A DNA stretch of 63,575 nt, the filler included, from Sphacelaria rigidula (taxonomy: Eukaryota): NCBI GenBank assembly GCA_964200075.2. It is 11 parts of 11 records of this genome, joined end to end, with 100 filler letters (N's around TTAATTAATTAA, not from the genome) between each part and the next. Parts side by side here need not be neighbours in the genome. Positions count along the whole stretch, not along the records: positions 1 to 5,690 come from CAXNAA020025228.1; positions 5,791 to 11,480 come from CAXNAA020025229.1; 9 more parts are not named here. One strand, 5' to 3'. Shown here piece after piece: positions 1-8,791 of this stretch (within the stretch, counting starts at the first letter, position 1; the number at the start of each line of letters is the position of its first letter). The notes under the pieces were generated by a model. It did no database searches, had not been told where the DNA came from, and was given only the letters and a program-made list of their open reading frames with translations. The position numbers and the translations under genes were made by a program.

Positions 1-8
1 AGAGTTGC

Positions 9-120
9 TTAACCCTTGGACCGCGGTGTCCGTAGTCCATCTGGACCATGGGCGTACCTTTTCCAAGTGAATATTGATGCCGACTCAGCAGGTGACCTAC
101 TCTCGCGGTCTGACGGTCAA
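9..120. mobile_element. piggyBac-like MITE family (~110 bp, TTAA-CCC termini)
   Basis: TTAA-CCCTTGGACCGCG ... CGCGGTCTGACGG-TCAA. Related copies at ~6456-6625, 7289-7533 (tandem), 7865-7968 and 54871-54975 share the core AATTGATGCCGATTCA. TTAA target with CCC/GGG ends is the established piggyBac signature. Confidence 0.65.
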
Positions 121-336
121 TTCCTCCTGCGGAGTTTGGGGGGGGAAGATACTTTCGCTCTGTGTTACTCTTTCGTATCTTCCCTGCAAGAGAAAAATGC
201 GACTTCAGCCCCATTTTAGTGTTGAACCCCAAAAATTAAAATCGGCTGTTCCATGCTCCTTTTTCATCGTAACAAATGAAAAGAAAAAAGAAAACTGGAA
301 GCACGATGCAAAGCAGAGCAATCTACTATACATATG

Positions 337-693
337 CACAAGGCGCACGGGACCCGGGGCTGCGCTCCGGTCCCGTCCGTCTCCTCGAGGGTCTCGGTAT
401 CCTTATCTTGCCAAGCCCTCATGAGAATAATAGATTCTCTCTCGAAATGTTCATGCCCGCAGGAAACATTGCAGGACAACCGCGATCGCGCGTCCGTTCG
501 AACGGCAGCGAACGCATGTGTACCTCCGCACAAAGTAAAGCACGAACCCGCTAACCGGGCCCCGTAGCATTGGCATTGGCCTGAACAGTCATCTCCCGGG
601 GCGGGTGCGAGGAACTTGCACAATAAATCAGCAATAAATCTCGTGGACGCCTCGTTACAAAGTATGCCTCACGCTCGTGAGTTCGAAATATCT
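337..693 (-). mobile_element. ~355-bp non-autonomous Helitron/Helentron-like repeat, copy 1
   Basis: Direct repeat of 5041-5397. GC-rich hairpin (ACGGGACCCGGGGC-TGC-GCTCCGGTCCCGT) about 10 nt from one end and a short palindrome CTCACG-CT-CGTGAG at the other. AT-rich flanks. No TIR or TSD. Confidence 0.5.
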
Positions 694-1410
694 CAGGTAG
701 GTTGAGTAGAGTACACTCAATACTCAGTATTTTTGAAGAGTCATACTTTCGTTACTCAAAGTTTGAGTAAAGTATTCGAGGTCGTACTCAACCTACTCAA
801 TTATTCAAGTCGAGTATTGGAAATCATACTCAATCTACTCGAAATTTGAGTAGAGTATTGAGGTCATACTCAAGTGATACTCTATACTCCAGTGTTACTG
901 AGAGTGCTTACTCGAAATTTGAGTAGAGTATTCGAGGTCGTACTCGATCTACTCAAAGTTTGAGTAGAGTATTGGAGGCCGTACTCAACGTACTCAAAAA
1001 TTGAATAGAGTATTTAAGGCCGTACTCAACGCACTCAAAATCTGAGTGGAGTATTTGAGGCCATACTCGACCTACTCAAACGTCGAGTAGAGTAAAGAGC
1101 AATGCTAGGGTAGGGGTGCACTTTTTGCGCGAAATCATGTCTAGTTCAGGGGCTCCTTACGATTCAAGATGCACAAGAATATGGGTCAGGGCATCCCCGT
1201 ATGAAAGTTCATTCGTGATATCCCCAGCACATGGCAGTACTATTCCTGGCGTACTCTCACATATTTTCATACGTCGTGTTTTGCATGAGATAACGGGCTG
1301 CCAACAATTCTAACCTCAGAAAATATTTGTGCACCCCTACCGTAGCATCATTACAAATGAGTATTTTACTCTGATACTCAGAAGTAAATACTCTACTTGC
1401 CCTACCCTTG
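694..1410. mobile_element. TIR element built from ~40-bp GAGTA/TACTC palindromic units (hAT-like MITE), copy 1, interrupted
   Basis: Starts CAGGTAGGTTGAGTAGAGTA and ends TACTCTACTTGCCCTACCCTTG. Internal tandem units such as AAATTTGAGTAGAGTATTCGAGGTCGTACTCGATCTACTC. Split by an insertion at ~1097-1352. Confidence 0.75.
1097..1352. mobile_element. MITE with 20-bp TIR nested in the TACTC element
   Basis: ATGCTAGGGTAGGGGTGCAC (1102-1121) versus GTGCACCCCTACCGTAGCAT (1329-1348), one mismatch. The TIR resembles that of the element at 50982-51236. Confidence 0.7.
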
Positions 1411-1689
1411 AAAAAATGGTCGTTTCCATACTAAACCTGCTGATGAGATGGGGCGCTGGGGCAGGTAGGTTCATTCACTTGCACGCTTTTTTTATTCCTA
1501 ACGGCCACCATTCGCTCATACTACTTACTGGCTGTGATGTAACTTCGCCCATCTAATTGATGGCCATCGTTCACCCATGTATTCCAATTTTCAAATTGGT
1601 TGTTGTCTCAGGCTATTCCAGATTCGGCATTGGATTTCTGTGACAGAAAATTATCTCGTTTTTTTCAGAATACTTGAAAAAAAGAAGCA

Positions 1690-3135
1690 GACCTTAAAAA
1701 AAAGAAGCAAAACTTTCCGAAACACTGCCCAAAACGTGACCCCATGGTATAGAGTACAGGGTTCTACACTGCACACATCACATCTCTGCAGCGTTTTTAG
1801 AACCTGAACACGGACTGTATACAGTATGCATCAGCTTCTCTTGTTGCAAAATTAATTGTGTCCAGCTGCTGCTGCTATACTTCTACGGAAGTACACGCCC
1901 TCGAGGTGCCACCCCACGTTTACCGTCATTGCGAACATAACAAGACAAGAGCACGAACTGCAGTAGTCGTGGCAGCCACTTCTCTTCTTGCAAATTTTTT
2001 AGTGTCCAGCTGCTGCTGCTGTACTACTACGGAAGCACACGCCCTCGAGATGCCACCCCACGTTCACCGTCGTTGCGAACATAACAAGACAAGAACACGA
2101 ACTGCAGCGGTCGTGGATGCCACACATCAACGTTACTGTAGTGAAACGTGTGCCTGAACCGACACCACCACACTTTTGGCGCTTCTTCTTGTTGGCGAAA
2201 ACTTGGGCATTCGGTTTTGTGGCAGGGTCCACCGACTGAGCTGCGTGTTGGGGTGGGCGATCGAATTGCATACGCGCTCATGGACAGTAGAGACGAACTT
2301 TTAAAAAGAACTGACCAAAACGTGACCCCATTATATGGAGTACAGAGTACTACACTGAACACAACACGGCAATATTTTTTCAGAATATGTAGTCAAACGA
2401 ACAAGGCGCTTCCCACACCCGTCGTTTCTATGCTGTAGTTGTCGCTGTGCTGTTGTGCATTTGAACACTCTACGACGAACATGGTGTGATGTGCGCTGGA
2501 GAGTGCCCGAACAAACTGAGCCAGTACGGAGCTGCTCTGTCCTAAGCGTTTGATGACAAGAGCTGTCTGCCTTGATGTCCCATGCAATAGTTCCTCCCTC
2601 CATTTCAGACGGGTCCTCATTTTTTGCCGAGTGCCAATTTTCGAACGCTTGGCCATGATCGCGCTTCGCGTGAAAAGCGCAGTTATGGCCCAGCGTTTGT
2701 AAATCGCTATTCGGCCAAAATCGAGCTCATCTGAAATGAGGGGAAGAACTATCGCATGGGACATGTCCTATATCACTGTGCTGCAGCACAAACACACTCA
2801 TGCGCTGTCTTTTGTGCTGTAGCTGTCGCTGCGCTGTGGTGTCTCCCGGCCTTTTTGAAGACGGTTTGGTCTCCGCTGGGACTGACTGCGTGAGTTGTTT
2901 CGTTACTGTCGTGGCGTTCGTCTCCTCGAAAAATCATGCTGTCAACACGTAGTGCCCTCTAGACACTGTTTCTGTTGACGTCTCCATGGTGTGTTGGCTA
3001 TTTTGCCTCGAGTCAAGCGAACAAGGCGTTACCCAAACCCACCATTTATATACTGTAGTTGTCGCTGTGCTTTTGTGCATCTAAACACTCTACGACGATC
3101 ACGGTGCAATGGGCGCTCGAGAGTGCCTGAATAGT
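1690..3135. repeat. Degenerate local duplications including a ~144-bp tandem pair
   Basis: 1836-1979 repeats at 1980-2123. ~1720-1780 resembles ~2305-2365. ~2390-2510 resembles ~3010-3130. Confidence 0.8.
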
Positions 3136-4194
3136 TGTAGTGCTGCATGCGGTGTTTCGGTATGCACAGAGTTGGGGTGGCACCAAATTATTTATCGCCT
3201 TTTGGAGGAATGATACTTGGTTAGGACTGAACACGGATAATACACTTTACAATACGACCTACTACTGTCTGTTACCTAGAGTTTACCTGGATGTTCCGCA
3301 AATATAGAGAAAATACAACAGGAGAAACCCTCACGACCTTACACCCACCCGCACTCAAGTGCGGACAAAGTCAGTACCAGTTGTATATCTTTGCTGGACT
3401 CAGCAGCAAGAAACAGTGAGCGTGCATCGTTCTGCACAAAAGACAGTCTACTGCACGCTACTGGTGTCTCTACCTAGTGTTCCACAGCAACACTACAGTG
3501 TGAAGCTATGTTGGCAACACAAGAGGGGTCAGGCAGGCGGCAAGGACAGGCCACGAGTAAAACGTACGTCGTTTGTGCCCATGTGATCTATGATTTGTGA
3601 TCAAAATGATTCTCCTGGCCTGCAACAACTTCTGTGCAAACCGGATACACGTCACGCCAATCGCTGTCTGTGTCAAGTTGTGCTCAAAATACTATTCCTT
3701 TGTGCATACGTTGCTGTGCTGACCTCAAAAAAACATCACAACCACACCATCTCCCGTTGATTCTCCATGTTCTGGGCGTGTGCTCTGGTGCTTGCGCGAG
3801 CAGCGAGGTGGTTGGTGTGGTGTGTGTTGTCGGGCGGACGGTTACACGTTACAAGTCACGCTTGTTGGCCAACAGCATCTCCTATTAAAAGTCCAAGCCG
3901 AGCGAAACGCAACCATCGGACTTTGGACTGACGTTTGACTTCGGGGGAATTACAAAGTCCAAGTCCTGACGAATTTGGTTTTCGCAAACACCGTCACTAC
4001 TGTACTCTCTGTGCTTGCAGAGTACAGTCTGTACTCGGACAGGGCAGGTGAACAGCACGCACACAATTCACATGAACACAGCTACAATCACAGAGAACAT
4101 GCTCAGCGGGCAGGGTATACTTGTAACCTTGTACTACTGCATGTCCGAGTACAGGCTGTGCTATCCCAATTATTGGCCAAGAACGAAACTATGA

Positions 4195-4412
4195 CCTACG
4201 AAAAGCGCAAAGGTGCTCTGGAACGGTCTCAGCGAGTGGAGCAAGTCATTCCAAGGCGTCAACATCCACTGAGCCCTCTTTTCGGGGCAAAAACGACGGA
4301 GAAGGGTAAAAAAAGCACTTTCGACAAGTTATTTTTTCGATACGTAAGAAGTAGCCTAAGGCAAAGGAAAAAAGAAAATTTGAAGCGCGATGCAAAGCAA
4401 AGCAATCTATTC
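4195..4412. repeat. Dispersed repeat family
   Basis: GAGCAAGTCATTCCAAGG(C/T)GTCAA...GCCTAAG is shared with ~14020-14165. The segment AAAAAAGAAAA..GAAGC.CGATGCAAAGCA.AGCAATCTA (4366-4412) is shared with 284-327. Confidence 0.7.
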
Positions 4413-4477
4413 AACATAGTCTGTGAAGTGACGGCACGAAGTCGCCGACTGTCAGGAATACTCACCATACCCAAGGG

Positions 4478-5025
4478 GGATACTCTACAGTCAAATGTTA
4501 CTGAGAGTGCTTACTCAATATTTGAGTGGAGTATTTGAGGCCGTACTTAACGTACTCAAAGTTTGAGTAGAGTATTGAGGTCATACTCAAGTGATACTCT
4601 ATAATCGAGTATTACTGAGAGTGCCTACTCGAAAATTGAATAGAGTAGTTGAGGTCGTACTTGATCTACTCAAAATTTGAGTACAATATGTCAGACCATA
4701 CTCAACCTACTTAAAATTTGAGTAGAGTATTTGAGGCCGTACTGAACCTACTCGAAATTTGAGTAGAGTATTGAGGTTATACTCAAGTGATACTCTATAC
4801 TCAAGTATTACTGAGAGTGCTTACTCAAAATTTGAGTAGAGTGTCCGAGGTCATACTTGACCTACTCAAAATTTGAGTAGAGCATTGGAGGCCGTACTCA
4901 ACGTACTCAAAAATTGAGTAGATTATTTGAGGCCATAATCGACCTACTCAAACGTCGAGTAGAGTGAATACTTGAGTATAATACTCGAGTACTTAAAAGT
5001 ACATACTCTACTCGACCTACCCTTG
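4478..5025. mobile_element. GAGTA/TACTC TIR element, copy 2 (right end intact)
   Basis: Same ~40-bp units. It ends TACTCTACTCGACCTACCCTTG, the exact reverse complement of the left end CAAGGGTAGGTCGAGTAGAGTA at 36686. Confidence 0.8.
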
Positions 5026-5040
5026 AAATATTTTTTATAT

Positions 5041-5397
5041 ACACGAGTCGCACGGGACCCGGGGCTGCGCCCCGGTCCCGTCCGTCTTCTTCGAGGGTCT
5101 CGGTATTCTCACCTTGCCAAGCCCTCGTGAAAAGAGATCCTCGCTCGAAATGTTCATGCCCGCCGAAGACATTGCAGGACCACCGCGATCGCGCGCCCGT
5201 TCGGACGGTCGCGAACGCATGTGTACCCCCGCACAAAGTAAAGTACGGACCCGCTAACCGGGCCCCGTAGCACTGGTATTGGCCCGAACAGTCATCTCCC
5301 GGGGCGGGTGCGGAGGAACTTGCACGCTAAATCAGCAATAAATCTCGTGGACGCCTCGTTACAAAGTATGCCTCACGCTCGTGAGTTCGGAATATTC
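5041..5397 (-). mobile_element. ~355-bp Helitron/Helentron-like repeat, copy 2
   Basis: Direct repeat of 337-693. Hairpin at 5052-5081 has a 13-bp stem with one bulge. The minus-strand end reads hairpin-GCGA-CTCG-TGTATAT. Confidence 0.5.
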
Positions 5398-5420
5398 TAT
5401 ATATATATTACTATACTATA

Positions 5421-5552
5421 CTAGTGGAAAGCCACGGCTGACGCACGTGGTAGCAGTGCCGTGAATATCCCGCGACCGGTCTGGGGTGTGTGGAGATTTC
5501 GAACAATATGGCGAATAAAAATCCGATGATCCTGGCACTTACCACATAACTT
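5421..5552 (-). mobile_element. Helitron 3' terminus fragment
   Basis: Minus strand reads CCACGTGCGTCAGCCGTGG (hairpin)-CTTTCCA-CTAG|T, the canonical Helitron 3' end. A second copy at 56615-56750 ends at the same CTAG. Confidence 0.7.
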
Positions 5553-5690
5553 ATCGATATAAGATGAAAACTTCCAATCCCACGGCTAACCGTGACCACT
5601 ACGAAAGAAGAAAGGAGGCCTCACCTTTAGGGGTGCTAATGGGCGCGGGGGGGGTGTACTCATGATCATGCATGCCATAGTCATCAGACC

Positions 5691-5790
5691 NNNNNNNNNN
5701 NNNNNNNNNNNNNNNNNNNNNNNNNNNNNNNNNNTTAATTAATTAANNNNNNNNNNNNNNNNNNNNNNNNNNNNNNNNNNNNNNNNNNNN
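5691..5790. other. Artificial contig spacer N44-TTAATTAATTAA-N44 (first of ten)
   Basis: Identical 100-nt spacers at 5691, 11481, 17270, 23059, 28848, 34636, 40424, 46212, 52000 and 57788. TTAATTAATTAA puts stops in all six frames. Contig lengths fall monotonically from 5690 to 5688. Confidence 0.98.
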
Positions 5791-5823
5791 CCTCTATCCC
5801 CTTTTTCTTTTCTTTTTTGTGGT

Positions 5824-5857
<34 letters not shown>

Positions 5858-6625
5858 CCAGGATTTTTTATTCGTGCGCCCTTGGCTGGGCGGTCGATGT
5901 GGTTGCAAACTGACACCGGTCTGTACTGCGACCCTTTCTGGGTTATGACCATACATAGTGTACCAATCGGCATACAGTCTGTAGAGCTGCAGTTCATGAC
6001 GCACGGCCCCACGCGCGCTGTAGCCGCTGCAAGGCGCTAAAACTTCGCCTATATGCTGTGCAAACTACAGTCAACAGTTTCGTGACGCTACATCTGGTGC
6101 TGTGCACTGCAGCAGTGCGCACTGGAGGGAAGAGCGATCAGATTCTGTTCCGAGAAATGTTTTTCCTCGTCTGGCGCAACACTGGATTCGTGTGAGACGG
6201 GCGCACCGCACACGCTTACAAAACGATCAGCAACGATGCATTTTCCACTGTTTTTGACACGCACGCGGCGGCCATTCGTCCAATACAAAACGGATTTCCA
6301 TCAAACAAAGCCTGTCGTGTGTAGATAAGCAAGGGCTAGCGATAAAACTAATGCACGTGAGTGGTGGGTGTGTGTGAGTGTTTTCGGGGCTGGGTGTGTA
6401 GGCGTTGTTGCGTCTTGCCTGTAGCAGTAACACAGACTTTGGACTAACGACCACATTAACCCTTCGACCGCGAGGTTAGTCTTCTGTTGAATCGGCATCA
6501 ATTTCAAGTGAAAAAAAGTATGCATGANNNNNNNNNNCGAGTTTAGTCTCCTGTTAAATACGCATCAATTTCAAGTGAAAAAAAGTATGCATGATCCAGA
6601 AAGAATAATCTCGCGGTCTAATTAA

Positions 6626-6798
6626 GGCCAACTCTTATGGGAGCGTTTAAAATTTTATTTTGCAATAACTTTAAACGATTTTTTTTTTCTTTGCCGTGGT
6701 TGTGTATTTTGTGCCCGTTCACCATGACAAAGAAAAATTAAAACTCCTCTGAAATTGTTGCAAAATAAAATTACAAACGCTCCCATAAGAGTTGGTGG
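6626..6798. mobile_element. ~170-bp fold-back (palindromic) MITE flanked by TTAA
   Basis: CCAACTCTTATGGGAGCGTTT...AAACGCTCCCATAAGAGTTGG, with ~70-bp imperfect arms. TTAA at 6622-6625 and 6799-6802. Confidence 0.75.
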
Positions 6799-7574
6799 TT
6801 AAGACCCGCCCCATTTCTGAACCTGCGCGCAGATCTGGATTTTGATTAGTACAAAACTGCTTCCCGATAGGACTCAGGCCCGTGTCTTATGAAAATGTTT
6901 TGGTGTCGAAAACGCGCGGTCGAATCGAATTCGCTCGTTTCTGATTCGTCCACGCCACTGTTTTTTTCAGATGGTTGAGAACATGAAGAATGCCGTGGAC
7001 GTGTCAGGTACAAGCAAATTCGATTCCACTGTAGGCTTTCGAGTCAAAAACAATTTGATAAGACACGGCCTCTGGACCGGTCATTGTGGGGTCAATCCCC
7101 TGTCTAAAGCAGATTGAAAAAAAGAGGGAAATCCCCTTCGATAAGAAGGGCCCTAGTTCTGGGTTCAGGTATAGTGCAACGTCAGTCACAGGTGGTCCAT
7201 TTGGACTGTATATTATGAGGATGATCGCCATTTATTTGGAGCTGACGCGTGACGTATGGTTGATGCAGATGGGCTCTTGCAGAGGAGCCCCTTAGACCGC
7301 GAGATAAGTCTTTCTGGATCATGGATACTTTTTTTCACTTGAAATTGATGCCGATGGAAAAGAAGACTATCCTCACGGTCTAAACCTTAGACCGCGAGAT
7401 TAGTCTTTCTGGATCATGCATATTTTTTTTCACTTGAAATTGATGCTGATTGAACGGAAGACAATAAAACTTTTTTCAAGTCAATATTGATGCCGATTCA
7501 GCAGGTGACAAACCCTCGCGGTCAAAGGGTTAAGAAATGTTCGTACACAATGGTTGGTGCTATTGAGGTGCTGT

Positions 7575-7790
7575 CAACCCTAACGCTTACTCTAGCCCTA
7601 ACCCCGATCCATCGCGTGCCAGAGCACTCGGGCAAAGGAGGTGCAAGGTGGGCCCTGGAGGAATTGTGCTTTGGCAGAGCTCAAATCGACACCCAGGCGC
7701 CGATCATGGACGAAAACATGCCCTAGACGAGCTGGGTCTACTCCTCACCTGCCCCAAAGCATGAATGTTCTCAGAAATTTCTTCGATCTG
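7575..7790 (+). repeat. Dispersed repeat headed by degenerate (CCCTAA)n
   Basis: Core CC(G/A)AG(A/C)AC(C/T)CTCGGG(C/T)AAGGG...CAAATCG..CGCCGAT..GAAAAC is also found at ~8125-8235, ~54325-54450 and, inverted, at ~55270-55410. Confidence 0.6.
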
Positions 7791-8625
7791 AAATCAAGCA
7801 AAATCGAGTCCCAAATCTCATGTGCGAACATTTCTTTAGGTGTACTGGAGGAGCTCTTGTAGGCTTAACCCTAAGACCATAACAATGCAGGTAGTCCATC
7901 TGGATCATGTATCCTTTTTTCACGTGAATATTGATGCAGTTGACCTACCCTCGCCATCAGAGGGTCAATATTTTCTTCTACGTGCAGTTAGTCGATGTCC
8001 ATTTTCCCGATATTTAGTACTCAATATCAAGCCCCATTCACGGACGTGACAGTTTCTAGCTCCCACGGTTGCCCGGGAGGCTAGGCTACAATTTACTGGT
8101 GGTGAACATATTATACAACCAACAATAACCGTAACCCTTACCCCAACCATGCCGAGAACCCTCGGGCAGGGGGAGTGCATAGCGTTCGCTAAGCAAAGAG
8201 TGCGTTGGAAGATATCAAATCCGCGCCGTACCCGCGGGTTTGAATGAAAACATCTTCAGCGCACAGTACAATAGTTCCGCGCACGCCAGATGTACATTAC
8301 ACCGGACTTTCAGCCCTTCTAAAGATCCATTTCCCGTCGTTTAGATATGACTATGATTATGTTATTGATCAACCAGGAGTATATTGTTACGCAAATGGCA
8401 AGAACTCTACTGGTCATCCTTCGGCGCCTAGGAATGTTGGAGAACTCTACTAAACCCATGTCAACCACGTAAGCAGGTAACATGCCAATTAAAATCTTGT
8501 ACATCTCCGCCAACCACGTAAGCCGTCAAACAGACCAACCAACTTCAAAGTGGTTAGCCAGTACCTTTTATCGTCACGTAGCCACTCCCCGTGTCGGCAA
8601 CGAGAAGGACTCAGGAATTGTTGCT

Positions 8626-8791
8626 ATGGATCGTGCCTCGCTGCCTGCGCCCATTAACCCCCTCGTCGCAGTGCGACGAACGACCGCTGAGGTGATGGGA
8701 CGGGCTGTTCATGTTTCGCTGAACAGTAATGCAGTAGAGCAACTTGCTACGCTGTGGGCTGTGGAGGGCGAAGTTGGAGCCGGAGGCGTGG
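8626..8791 (+). CDS. Probable first coding exon of queuosine-salvage protein (DUF2419/QNG1-like)
   Basis: ATG at 8626 runs to a strong donor G|GTAAGT at 8791. Peptide MDRASLPAPINPLVAVRRTTAEVMGRAVHVSLNSNAVEQLATLW resembles, from recall, the DUF2419 N-terminus (VRxxxxxVxxxAxHVxIxxxxIxxLA). The downstream LNFCFW exon was not found in this contig. Confidence 0.45.

Noticed and set aside
694..5025. GAGTA/TACTC palindromic arrays as a CRISPR array
   Set aside because: There are no unique spacers, the units are degenerate and contiguous, they are bounded by TIRs, the context is eukaryotic and no cas genes are present.
337..5397. 355-bp direct repeats as LTRs of a retrotransposon
   Set aside because: No TG..CA ends, PBS, PPT, flanking TSD or gag/pol remnants.
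6490..6595. Short duplications across 10-N gaps (also near 18478)
   Set aside because: Likely scaffolding overlap artefacts at gap edges.
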